The position numbers and the translations under genes were made by a program. The notes under the pieces were generated by a model, which was not told the origin of the DNA, did not search any database, and saw nothing but the letters and a program-made list of their open reading frames with translations. A stretch of DNA of 62,803 nucleotides, counting the filler, from Chiloscyllium plagiosum (taxonomy: Eukaryota): assembly GCF_004010195.1 (NCBI RefSeq). It is 4 parts of one record of this genome, joined end to end, with 100 filler letters (N's around TTAATTAATTAA, not from the genome) between each part and the next. Parts side by side here need not be neighbours in the genome. Positions count along the whole stretch, not along the records: positions 1 to 18,492 come from NC_057714.1; 3 more parts are not named here. One strand, written 5' to 3'. Shown here in pieces: positions 1 through 11,756 of the stretch. Positions within the stretch are counted from its first letter, which is position 1; every line of letters starts with the position of its first letter.

Positions 1-730
1 CCCTAGTCATTCTTTTATTGCTGACATACCTATAGAAAGCCTTAGGGTTTTCCCTAATCCTACCAACTAAGGGCCTTTCATGTCCCCTCCTTGCTGCTTT
101 TAGCTCTCTCTTCAGGTCCTTCCTGGCTTCCTTATAACTCTCAATCGCCCCAATTGGACCTTCACGCCTCATCTTTACATAGGCCGCCCTCTTCCCTTTA
201 ACAAGGGATTCCAATTCCTTATTAAACCACGGCTCCCTCACACGACCTTTTCCTCCCTGCCTGACGGGCACATACTTATCAAGGACACTGAATAGTTGCT
301 CCTTGAACAAGCTCTCCACATATCAATTACACCCTTGCCTTGAAGCTTACTTTTCCAGGCCACACATCCTAAGTCATGCCTCACAGCATCATAATTTCCC
401 TGCCCCCAGCTATAACTCTTGCCCTGTAGTGCACACTTATCCATCTCCATCACTAGAGTAAAAGTCACCGAATTGTGGTCACTGTCCCCAAAGTGCTCAC
501 CTACCTCTAATTCTAACACCTGGCCTGGTTCATTACCCAGAACCAAATCCAGTATGGCCTCACCTCTTGTTGAAACTTTATTGCTGGAACAGCACAGCAG
601 GTCAGGCAGCATCCAGGGAACAGGAGATTCGACGTTTCGGGCACAGGCCCTTCCTCACCTCTTGTTGGCCTATCTACATATTGTGTCAGGAAATCCTCCT
701 GCACACATTGGACAAACACTGACCCATCTA
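1..730 (-). mobile_element. CR1/HER1-type LINE fragment (ORF2 endonuclease C-terminus and linker), split by a PLE insertion
   Basis: Minus-strand translation QEDFLTQYVDRPTRGEAILDLVLGNEP...HFGDSDHNSV matches the CR1 AP-endonuclease SDH motif region. Confidence 0.9.
573..652 (-). mobile_element. Penelope-like pLTR micro-insertion (family A) with partial hammerhead
   Basis: Flanked by a 15-bp direct repeat CCTCACCTCTTGTTG (558-572, 653-667). Reverse complement reads TGAGGA-A-GGGC-CTGT-GCCC-GAAAC-GTC-GAAT. Confidence 0.85.
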
Positions 731-975
731 GGATGTGAGCTCATACTTTGAATTTAAAGATGACCACATTCACAAGGAATTAAAATAAGGCTGGAAAATT
801 TGCTAAACTTATGCTGAAGGAAGAATCTCAGGGGAATAAACCTGACTCTGAAAGATAGTTCTGAGATTAAAATTACTAGTCTGAGAAAGGGAAAGACTGG
901 CAGTGATCCGTTGCGAATTAAGCTTCTAGGAATCAAATGTTATTTGTAAGACACCAGTGAACAGAGTTTTTGTGT

Positions 976-1184
976 AAAGATCAGAGTGGTGCTGGAAAAG
1001 CACAGCAGGTCAAGCAGCATCCAAGGAGCAAGTAAATCGACATTTCGGGCAAAAGCCCTTCATCAGGAATTGCCCTTAATGTCGATTTTTCCTGCTCTTC
1101 GGATGCTGCCTGACCTGTTGTGCGTTTCCAGCACCACTGTAATCTTGACTCTGATCTCCAGCATCTGCAGTACCCACTTCTGCT
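976..1184. mobile_element. Palindromic PLE pLTR insertion (family A)
   Basis: Inverted arms; 12-bp TSD GAGTTTTTGTGT (964-975, 1185-1196). Confidence 0.85.
1035..1070 (-). ncRNA. Minimal type I hammerhead ribozyme motif
   Basis: Reverse complement ATTC-CTGATGA-A-GGGC-TTTT-GCCC-GAAAT-GTC-GATT: canonical CUGAUGA and GAAA boxes, with one C>T change after GAAA. Confidence 0.7.
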
Positions 1185-1629
1185 GAGTTTTTGTGTTGTT
1201 TTCAAAGTAAAAAGAGAAAGATTTTAAATTTGAAGGTTTAAGTTGCCCACAATATAGAGTGTGACAGTCAATGGTGCTTTTACTCTGTTACAAAGAAAAT
1301 TTCGAAACATGGAATCCTGTTGGTAACATCCCTTCTTGCTTTCAATTAGAAGTTTGAAATTTCTTTTTAAAAGCTACTGGTTTCCTTAGTGATTGTAACA
1401 TATCCAACTAAGGAAGACAAAAACAGCCACAAAATTAGCCAAGAAGCTGATACAAAGGCATTTAATTGCTGCAATGTTAGCTAAACGTACCCTGGTTATG
1501 TCAGAATTAAAAGAAATCATGAAAGACTGTATAAGATTACTAAAGAATGTTTTAAAGCGGATTCACACCGATTCTCAGGTAATAGTTTCAAAAAGATTGC
1601 ATTTTATCAGTTTGCACTCCTGTATATGA

Positions 1630-2217
1630 TAGTCATAGAGTTATAGTCATAGACATGTACAGTACGGAAACCTACGGTTCAACTCGTCCATGCCCACCAG
1701 ATAAATCTAGTCCCATTTGCCAGCATTTGGCCCATGTCCCTCTAAACCCTTCCCAATTATATATCCATCCAGATGCCTTCTAAATGCTGTAATTGTACCA
1801 GCCTTCATCACTTCCTCTGGCAGCTCATTCCATACATGCACCACCCTCTGCGTGAAAAAGTTGCCTCTTAGGTCTCTTTCATATCTTTCCCCTCTCACTT
1901 TAAACCTATGCCCTCTAGTTCTGTATTCCCCCACCCCAGGGAAAAGACCTTGTTTATTTACCCTATCCATGCCCCTCATAATTTTATAAACCTCTACAAG
2001 GTCATCCCTCAGCCTCCAGCACTCCAGGGAAAACAGCCCCAGCCTATTCAGCCTCTCCCTGTAGCTCAAATCCTCCAATCCTGGCAACATCCTTGTAAAT
2101 CTTTTCTGAACCCGTTCAGGTTTCACAACATCCTTCCAATAGGAAGGAGACCAGAATTGCACACGATATTCCAAAAGTGGCCTAACCAATATCCTGTACA
2201 GCCGCAACATGACCTCT
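1630..2217 (-). mobile_element. CR1/HER1 LINE 3' end
   Basis: ORF 1707-2225 (LYRILVRPLLEYRVQFWSP...TRGHRFKVRG...NFFTQRVVHVWNELP) is CR1 ORF2 C-terminus; short-repeat tail near 1630. Confidence 0.92.
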
Positions 2218-2309
2218 GATTGCATGTTCCTCCATATTGAACAATGCTATCTTTTTTAATATCCTTTACAATGTTGTTTTGAATATAAAGCAACCTTAAA
2301 ATTGATGAA

Positions 2310-2530
2310 TGAAATTCATCCAAAAGTGATTAAAGAGTTGGGATAGACGCTATGCTTGCTCGTTGCCCATTTCTCCAACAGTTTCATAGAGTCGGAGGTA
2401 GTTCCCTCAGACTGAAAACCAGTTTGTATTGCTTTTATTCCCAATAAAGAGGAAAAATTGAAGTCAGGGAACTACACGGCCAACAGCTTCACATCCATTA
2501 TCCAGGAGATGTTGGAAAGACTCTAGAAAC
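2310..2530 (+). mobile_element. Old CR1 RT fragment
   Basis: Degenerate match to the VPEDWK...GNYRPVSLTS segment seen in better copies in this window. Confidence 0.55.
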
Positions 2531-5500
2531 AAGGTCCTGAAATCCATCATCAGGGGGGCACTGTCGATCAAGAAGATAAGATTGAGCTCAGGCCTTGGAA
2601 CTGATCCATGCCCGGTAAGAGGCCAAGTAAAGCATTTTATGGCTGCGTAAAAGCATATTTTTTGACTTGTGACTTTGTCAGTGTGAGCTGGACTTCGGGA
2701 ACCTCGATGTTTTGATACCATGAGGACAATCAGGCAGCAGGTCAAAGCTGAGTCACAAAGAAGGAATATTTTCTGCAGTACTTTTTGTCACAAGTATTCC
2801 AATGTGTGAAAGGACTTGCTTTCTAGAGTAAAAAAGATTTGCAGCAACACTTCAAAAGAGAGGGGAGGAGATAGAAAAGAGAACTTTATCACTTCAGATG
2901 GTCATCACCCTCCTGGCATCACCTTGGCACCATCCAAGGCAGTGTGGGTCACACCTGAGCAGCAGGAAGGGTTTCTCAAGTGGTCTTGATCTGTTGTGTC
3001 CTTTATAGAATGATCCAGGAAATAGCAATTACCATTTAGGATGCAGGGACTGTGTAAAGACTGAACTCACCAGAGGAAGAGGACAATTGGGAAAGGATAC
3101 GACAAGGGATGTCAAACAAGTATATTCTTCTGTGAGAAATGGTCCAGCTGAACATGGAACTGTCCAAACTTGGGGTTTAAGAATCAGGTCTTCCCAGGAA
3201 AACATCATTGTGAGGGATTTTCTAATCCAGCAAAGATCCATTCCACAAGAATCCAAATGGTCCAAGATTGCACTCTGACAAGGAATAAAAACAATTCCTC
3301 AGGGACCGCCCTGGTTTTTCAAAATGTAGCTCACCACCACCCTCTCCAGGGCAATTAGAACAATAAATCTTGGCCCAGTCAGCAACACCAAATCCATCCA
3401 TGAATGAAAAAAAATTACGCATTTGTACACTCATAGAGAGCTGCACTACTGCATGGAGCATGGTATCCCTAATTACCATAGGTACAGGTTATGTTGACTA
3501 GCTAGACATAAACACTTGAAGTAACAGGAGCTATTGGCATTTGGAGCTAGACTACTCAGTTCTCCACAAAAATCTATGGGACATTTTCAGAATGGCTGGA
3601 TCCGAATGCAATCTCCAGTGTTAACCCTTTCAGGACTGTGACCTTATGCAACAGAGAGTTCAGTTTAAAATGGTGTCTCGTGGCCTTAAAAATAAGATGT
3701 CTGCTATGTTTACTTTTGATGAATTATTGTCCCACGAAGCAAATTCAATTCTGCTATAAGTTCCTGTTGGGATTTCATGCTGTCTGTTGTTGTTTTTGAA
3801 TTCTCACACCTTTGTGGAGCAATTGTTGTCCAAGAAGTAACCAAATTCTAAGTGGTTCAGCCACAGATACTGTGTCTGTAAGTCAAAATAGCTTCCTTTA
3901 TAAAACATGTGTATCATAATTGCATAGTTGTGACAAATTATTTTACCAACCGATCTGCTTTCTAAGAGTGAATTGGTCATCCCACACTTGTCTGCATCCG
4001 CTGAAACCAAGAGTGGGTACACTGGAGTTCCCTCTGTGAGTTGAATCTTTTGGATTTCACCATTCTGATGAATTGAAACCTGTCTAAATGTGATATTCTC
4101 AGATGTAATGCAACTTGGATTACATCATGTTTGACTAACCATCATGCTACGAATGGTACGTTAGTTCATATAAAATCACATGACACTCTTATTAACAATT
4201 GGATGAATATTCCTGTAGTACAGGCAATGCCAGCTCATGTTGGAGATCACAGCCACCACATTCTTTATGTGATGGAAACTACAGAGTCTGCTTGGTTTAG
4301 TGTGATGAAGGAAAATAATTTCCAAGTCTAGCCAAAACAGTCTATTGTAGTTAACCTGATGTAGATTATTGCATGTTTGCAACTACTTAGAGGTTACATT
4401 CGACATTGTTACCGAGTCTTTGAAAAGGACCAGATGTTAGGATTCACTCCTCTGAGATCCTAAGCTTTTTCCTAAACAGGTCCATAGGAAAATAGTACTC
4501 CTCAATGTTAACCCTTTCAGATCCATGTACCACAATTATGTTTTCCAGCACGGTACAGGAGCCGACCCAGAATGCTCAATCCACCCTCTTCTGCTTTGCC
4601 CTGCATACAGACTGCATAAAGCATATTGTAGACAAGTAGCATCTGTTCAACAGAAAGCTGACCATACATTCCTGATGAGAAAACTTGTTCCCTTCTCCTC
4701 ACCTTCTTACAAGGTTTCTGTTGGTATCAGGGCTGGTTTCTCACATTTATGTTTAATTGCCACATCATAGTAAGCTGTTGCGCCTATCGTTAATCTAATG
4801 AATTATATTGTATTGAATTTTTTTATCCAACTACATTCATGATATGATATGAATAATCCCTTGGTGTGAGGGTTCTGAGAATCAATACGACAAGCTGATA
4901 TGCTACGCAGCAGAGGGTAATCTTGTGGTCATGATTAGAAGTGTAAAATCTCCCTGGTCTTAGAGTCCTCTTATTAATCATTTTGATGGCACAATCTTTT
5001 CTTTAAATGTCACTAAACATCATACAGCCGCTGCCACCCTCACCTACAGACACTACTGTTACATTTGCCCATAGGTCCCAGACCTCTCCCCGTTCCACTG
5101 TCGTCAAAACATCTCCGTTAACGTATCTTAGGTCTGGCAGTCAAAAATTCCATCAGGCAACATAAAATTGCGGATGATTGAGTTGTCGACAAGTTCATTG
5201 TTTGGTTTTGTTTTTACAGATGTTGGGGAAGCTCCTGACATCATTTTGCCATATTTGAACATGAACACTGTCCACACGCCTGATTTCTAAACATGACATT
5301 CATCCCTCGATCTGTCTGTGGGCCAGTGGGCTTGCCTTTCCCAAACTGAAAAATAAGGTAGCTTCCATGGATGCTTATTGTGGAGCTGGATTATATATGG
5401 CCCCCAATGGACGCACGGAAAAACCATGCAGATATTACCATGGAATAATATCCAGCTTATCCAACAGGGCCAAGCCAAATCAAAAGAGCTGCAGGACATC

Positions 5501-5871
5501 AAGAACATGAGGCAAAGTAATAACTAGAATAGGCAAAGTTACAATTAGAGTGCAACAAGGTGAACCATTTTGTCAGTCTTGGTGGTATGAAGCCTCACGA
5601 GACAGGAAAACTTTAAAACGACTAAGTCAGTTCTGTTTCTGAGGTTGCATCCAAGATGTCTCAACTCCAAGTATCAAAGGAATAGGTCAAGAATATCGTC
5701 ATTGTAGAATTTCCTGAGAGAAGCATGACAAAACGTACAGATGAAATACTTGTAAGGAACAAGGCTAGAAAAATACAGTGGAATTCTTTTCTGGCCCAAA
5801 CATAAGCAAATACATTCTGTCCAGCCAATTCACTCAGCCTTACCCTGTCAGGTCTGCCTGCTTTCTGCGCT

Positions 5872-6295
5872 GGCAGCTGTGGCTCAGTGGTTAGCACTGT
5901 TGCCTCATAGTGCTAGAGACCCAGGTTCGATTCCTGGCTTGGGTGATGTTGCAGAGTTTGCATGCTCCCCCCATGTCTGCGCGGGTTTCCACTGAATGCT
6001 CCAGTTTCCTCCCACATTCCAAAGAGGTGAAGTGGATTGGGCTGTAGTGTCCAGAGCTGTGCAGGCCAATGGGATTAGCCATGGAAACAGGGATAGGGTA
6101 GACGGCTGAGCCTGGGTGGGATGCTGTTTGGAGTGTCAGAAACAAAAAAAACTGCAGATGCTGGAATCCAAAGTAGACAGGCAAGAGGCTGGAAGAACAC
6201 AGCAAGCCAAGAGAACTTCTTCAAAGTGGCATCCTTTGAAAATCAGTGCAGACTTGATGGCCGAATGGCCTTTCCCTGTACCATAGGGATTCTAC
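5872..6295 (+). mobile_element. HE1-like tRNA-derived SINE containing a PLE fragment (~6140-6215)
   Basis: A box TGGCTCAGTGG and B box GGTTCGATTCC; body matches the other HE1-like copies. Confidence 0.85.
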
Positions 6296-6899
6296 AATTC
6301 TAAACCAGTTATATACCTCAAAATATAGACCCAGTTCAAATGTGAGCAAACACAGAACCCTTTGCTGGTATTGGGGGATTGTAATGGGACTGGGGAGCAG
6401 AAATTCTGGATTTGCACTGGAACCTGTCCCTATGATTAACATAAAATGATACTAGCAGGACCCTTAAGTGTGCAATTATTGGCTGTTTGCACAGTATGTG
6501 TTTAATTTTTAAACAGATATGTTAGAGCAGGTGTAGAACCCACTTTGAGTGCAAATCTTGGAATCAAGAGGAGTATCAAAGTACTCCAGCACCTTTAACA
6601 CTTCTCACCCACAGTACAGCTCAACGTTGATTCACAGTGCACCCTCCCTTCCCTCATCAACACTGTTCACCCTAATCCCTCTCAATACCATCACCCCCCC
6701 CACAACCCTGACCCCACAGACACAGCTCAGTCCATCACCCTGACACTTCTCACACCACCTCCTGCACCCACTCCCAGCCTGCCCACTCAAATGCCAACAT
6801 AGCCGACCACGCCTCCATGACATTCCTCTCTGAATGCTGACAGCAAGCCAGCACAACCACTGATGAAGGATGCTGGCCAAAGTATCTTCAATTAACCAC

Positions 6900-7692
6900 A
6901 GAACCAGGAATGTCCAAATAATCACACCATTGCCAAAGTCAGTGCTCCTGGCACTGAACAATTTAGTGGCCAGAACATTCCACAATCGATTTCTCACAGA
7001 CAAGCCAAAGACTGATACATATATTCCACCTTAACTTCTACCCTTTTGGATTAATTTCTCATTTCTACTCTGTATCTATGTATGTTAAGGTTATGATTAG
7101 ATTAGATTAGATTTAGATTAGATTACTTTACAGTGTGGAAACAGGCCCTTCGGCCCAACAAGTCCACACCGACCCGCCGAAGCGCAAACCACCCATACCG
7201 CTACATTTACCCCTTACCTAACACTACGGACAATTTAGCATGGCCAATTCACCTGACCTGCACATCTTTGGAACTGTGGGAGGAAACCGGAGCACCCGGA
7301 GGAAACCCATGCAGACACGGGGAGAATGTGCAACTCCACACAGTCAGTCGCCTCAGGCGGGAACTGAACCCGGGTCTCTGGCGCTGTGAGGCAGCAGTGC
7401 TAACCACTGTGCCACCGTGCCGCCCATCTTTTCCTATGATCTTTTCCTATGTTTCAGTTGTTAATAATTTCACTCTGTCTTTAACTTAAGACAGCCTGGT
7501 TAAATTGGCTTCTTTTAAAACAGAAGTACTTTCTGAATTGAGAAAAGATATTCATGAAGGAAAGGATCCTTGTAAGTTTACCTTATTGTGACCAACCAAG
7601 GGATGGGTTGAATAAGGAAGGGGAGCCAGTTCACCTCTCCTCGCCCAGTTCACAGAGAAATGGGGACCCTCAACCAGGGATTGGTTATAACA
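6900..7692 (+). mobile_element. Probable LTR remnant, interrupted by an HE1 SINE
   Basis: Ends ...GGTTATAACA. Shares CCTGGTTAAATTGGCT and CCAGTTCACCTCTCCTC with the reverse complement of 21541-21860. The left boundary is approximate. Confidence 0.5.
7095..7425 (-). mobile_element. Full-length HE1-type V-SINE
   Basis: Reverse complement starts GGGCGGCACGGTGGCACAGTGGTTAGCACTGCTGCCTCACAGCGCCAG; (ATTAG)n tail at 7095-7125; CpG-rich, so probably young. Confidence 0.92.
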
Positions 7693-9116
7693 ACAGTAAT
7701 TTTCAAGTCATAACAATGTCAAATTTTGTAAATGGTTATGATTTATTCTGACAATTTAATTCCATAATGGAATGGAGTTGGGGTCTAGACAATAACTAAT
7801 TAGTATTTTTACCTAGGTACAAGGTCCATGTGATTCACGTTTCCATTGAGATGGGCTTTGACAGGGACAAGGGCTTTGTCCAAGTTGGGCACCATTGGGC
7901 AGTGGGTTCCTGAGCAGGAGGGTTCCACTCTCATCTGAACCACCTATCACGGGCACTTCTTATGCTGGTGAAATGCAGGCGAGTTGTGGGTTTGTCATTA
8001 ATTAACTGCTTCAGGCCAAAGGGCTGGTGTGCTGCCTGACTCTGGAAAAAAATTACAGGAGAGTGGTCAGGAATGGGTATGATCGCAGGCCACCATTCTG
8101 TCCAATTTCATGACCATTCTGCCTGCGTCCTCCTTGTGGAAGGCATTTTCTGTCCTGTGAAATTCCTTTCCTCAAAATGCTTTAGATTCTGGGCTGATTG
8201 AAATTTTTAGGACTTAAGATCAACAGATTATTATGAGGTAAGGGTAGCAGATGGCTAAAAGTAGGTAAATGGAGTTGAGCTACAGTTCAACCATGAACTA
8301 ATTAATCAGCCGAGTGTGCTGAAGTGGCTGAATGACCAATTCCTATTCTAATGGTCCCACCTCCTGGAATTGTGCTTATCCTACAATTGTTTGCCTGAGT
8401 TCAGCTTCTAACTTTGGTTACTATCTTGAATTGTTTCCTGATCTAATCATTGTAACTTTGAGCTTCTGAAGGCCCTAAGATAAAAATGAAAGACTGCAAA
8501 TAGTGGAAATGAAAAGAAAGTGCTGGAGATACAGTTGAATGGTTTGGATACAGGCCGATTTTGATCCTCTTTTTCCTGGGGACTTCGATTTGGTTATTAA
8601 TCAAAGGATGGTCATCGTAATTTTTGTTATTGGAGCAAAGTTCACATTATAATTCCAAATACCAGGGCTCGGATCTATAATCCTGTGCCCTCCCTGCCTG
8701 ACATTGAATATGATCTCTCATGTTTTTTTGTATATTTCTCTTGTGTATACCCACCTTCTCAATTTTAACTCATGAAAGATAAACTTGGATAGGACTGTTT
8801 GGAAATGGTCATCATTGCATTTTTAATTTGTCACAATGGGATGAATCCTATGTTTGTTTGGCTATGTATCAGTTTTTAAAAAAGGTCATGGAATTCTCAG
8901 CGAATTTTCTCATCATAATTTACAGAACTCCCCTCATTATCCACCTAACCCAACCTTATGATGTCCCTCACACACAGCTCTAGCCCCATTCTACCATTTG
9001 CCATATCTTGAACGATTCATCATTGTCGGGATATACCAGAACAGACTGGCATCTCTGGCACTGGTGCCTTCTTTGAAAGGCTATGTGCACCTAGACAAGC
9101 ACAGCAGTCCAGAACT

Positions 9117-9211
9117 CAAAAGAGAAAATGCTGGAAAATCTCAGCAGGTCTGGCAGCACCTGTAAGGAGAGAAAAGAGCTGACATTTCGAGTCTAACTGA
9201 CTCTTTGTCAA
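9117..9211 (-). mobile_element. PLE pLTR insertion (family C) with U3-A8 variant hammerhead
   Basis: TSD AGTCCAGAACT/AGTTCAGAACT (9106-9116, 9212-9222). Reverse complement CT-TTGACAA-A-GAGTC-AGTTA-GACTC-GAAAT-GTC-AG. Confidence 0.7.
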
Positions 9212-9249
9212 AGTTCAGAACTGCCCTCTACACTTTGTGATGTTTACCG

Positions 9250-9480
9250 CCAACCTGGCAGAGAAGGGAGAGTTGGTACTTGCTTTCTGTGCAGGGACCT
9301 AGAGAGCCTGCAGGATGGGATGTCTTCTTTCCCCAGAACCAGCAGCGAAGGCCATGACACCAGAACATGCCAGCTTGGTCCGAACCTGCCACCTGACTCA
9401 GTGTGGTATCAGACATCTGGAAGAGTTCCCAAACACTGTAGTAAGAAAGCCAGTGACTTTGTCCACTCCACCAATGTGTC
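9250..9480 (+). pseudogene. Decayed Myb/SANT-like gene of a PIF/Harbinger transposon
   Basis: Translation DVFFPQNQQRRP*HQNMPAWSEPAT*LSVVS...HCSKKASDFVHST resembles the pattern DVLFP..RRP..AWEEVA..VSA..QCRKKFNDL recalled for Harbinger Myb-like proteins. Confidence 0.5.
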
Positions 9481-9799
9481 ACCATCTTCTCTCCAATATT
9501 GTGCACTCAGTCTATCACTGCCACAGTATCCCACCTCCCACCAAGGCACATGCTCTACCACTCTCACTGTTTTCTGCAACATGTCCCCCGCATTCACTAT
9601 CACCCACCTTAATCTCCAATACTGCTAACCCTGTTACCCAAAGTAACAGCTGTGTCATCTACCTAATCTCCTTTAATCCATGCCTCTCTCCCATTCCAGG
9701 AGGGAAACAGCCCACTGTCAGGCAGTAAGATTCAAATTTGGTGGCTGGATAAGAGGATACTGACTCTGAATACTCCAAATGGCTGACTCACCATGACCA

Positions 9800-10730
9800 A
9801 GCCTTGCTACATTTAGGGACCTGTGGATCTGCACGTCAAGGTCCCTCTGATCTTTTCTGGGTCTTACAATTAATATTGAAACCCCCTACCTTGTTAGCTC
9901 ACCCAAAAGCATTACCTCTTACTTTACCAGGTTGTATTCCATTTGCCACAGCTCTGCCTAGTTAATCTCCTCCTGCAGCACACATCTATCCTCTACACTA
10001 TTTACCACCTTACCCATTTTCATGGCATTGCAAACGTCTTATCATGTCCCTACATTTATGTCAAAGTTATTAAGGTACACCGTGAAGAACAAGGATCTAG
10101 ATTAGAGTGGTGCTGGAAAAGCACAGAAGTTCAGGCAGCATCTGAAGATCCTGCACCTCGGATGCTGCCTGAACTGCTATGCTTTTCCAGCACCACTCTA
10201 ATCCAGAATCTGGATTCCAGCATCTGCACTCATTGTTTTTACCATGAAGAACAAGGACCCCAGCACAAAGGCCGATGGAACCCTGTTGGAAATAGACTTC
10301 CAGTCACAGAGACATTCTCTGTAACATCACCCTCTGCTTCTTGCCACTCATTCAAATTTGAATCCATTATGTCACTTTGCCTTGAATCCCATGGGCTCTT
10401 ATTTTCTTGATCCATTTGTCAGGAGGCACCTTGTCAAAAGCCTTGGTAACGTTTATATAAACCATATCAAATGCATTACCCTCATCAATCCTTTTGGTTA
10501 CCTCCTCAAAAGATTGGATGAACACAACCTTCCCTTTACAAATCCATGCCACCATTGATTAATCCAGGTTTCTTCTCCAGATATATTTTGTCCTTCAGAA
10601 TTCTTCCTCATAACTTTCCCACTATCAAGGTTAGACTGACTGGTCTGTAATTTTCTTCTCTATCCCTTCCTCCCTACTTTAATAATGGAACAGCGTTAGC
10701 TGTCCTCCAGTCCTCTGCCACTTCATCCAA
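9800..10730 (-). mobile_element. CR1 LINE RT fragment
   Basis: FEEVTKRIDEGNAFDMVYINVTKAFDKVP is an RT motif. Confidence 0.8.
10096..10240. mobile_element. Palindromic PLE pLTR insertion
   Basis: Inverted arms; 17-bp TSD ACC(G/A)TGAAGAACAAGGA (10079-10095, 10241-10257). Confidence 0.85.
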
Positions 10731-11113
10731 AATGCTCCTTGTTTTCAAATCCATCGATGTTCCCTATCACTGTCACCACCTTCAGCCCCAGAATGCTCTG
10801 AGATATCTGAATGACGCTCATTCTGATATTTAGAATACTTTAGCTCTTAATCATTCCATCAGTGCTGGCCTGAGATTTAAGCCCTGAAATTCCCTTTCTT
10901 CTTCATCTTTTTGCCTCAATTTTGGATTTTAAAATGTCAGTTTAATAAACTCTTGGTCACCTGCCCACCTCCTTAAATTCTTCAACATATTCTGGATTTG
11001 AGAAAGCCCAGTAGCTTTCTGAAATAGCTATTGTTCATGTGTTTCCAAGTTAATCTTGCTTCTCTCAAACTGTTACATATGTACAATCTCCAATAGGAAT
11101 CTCCAGTGATTAT

Positions 11114-11756
11114 GGACAGAATTTAATGTTGGTAATGGGATCACAGCTGGAGAACCATTGAAAGTGTTGTGTTAGCTACTTTTAGGAAAGTCTGCAATTT
11201 AGATATCAATCTGGGACACAACTGGGCAGCAGTGGCCTTTCCCTGTGATCAATGAACCCAGCACCGGAAATTTCGCCATCTCCACGGTGTTGGCCAATCA
11301 GAGACTGACAGCTGTAAGTTACGAGGTTGGTGCTGCACCCACTGGAGTAATAACAGCATGTCTTGGCAAGTAATAAGGGTAGGGAGATGCCCTCCACCTT
11401 TCTTCCTGATGACACATCCCATGATCAGGCATTGAGTGCCTGACAATGAAAGACGCGAAGCCAGAAACAATCCTAACTTGCTTTGCCTATCATGTTTCCC
11501 ACATGGCAAGTCCTCCACCAGCTGCTGGATGAAGAGCAGCAGGGGGTGGGATGGTACCCTTACAGGGGTAAATGTTTACCTACTTCGACTCCCCAGTTAG
11601 CAATGGTTCAGGAAAGCCATCGGTGATCCTTCCCATTCTGGATTTAATTCAGGACAGTGGTGGGAAGGCAATAGAGACCCCAGACATGACTCTCCTGCCC
11701 ATTAACAACTCCACACTTCATCCTCCAACGCAGAGGGAAGGTATTAAATTCTGTCC
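11114..11756. mobile_element. MITE / non-autonomous DNA transposon, possibly Harbinger-like
   Basis: Perfect 14-bp terminal inverted repeat GGACAGAATTTAAT (11114-11127) / ATTAAATTCTGTCC (11743-11756); no coding capacity. Confidence 0.7.

Noticed and set aside
3618..4520. TTAACCCTTT as piggyBac ends
   Set aside because: Both copies are in the same orientation and no inverted partner was found.
7350..7425. tRNA-like sequences (also near 5872, 35002, 52770, 58008 and 58896)
   Set aside because: These are SINE heads that continue into SINE bodies, not tRNA genes.
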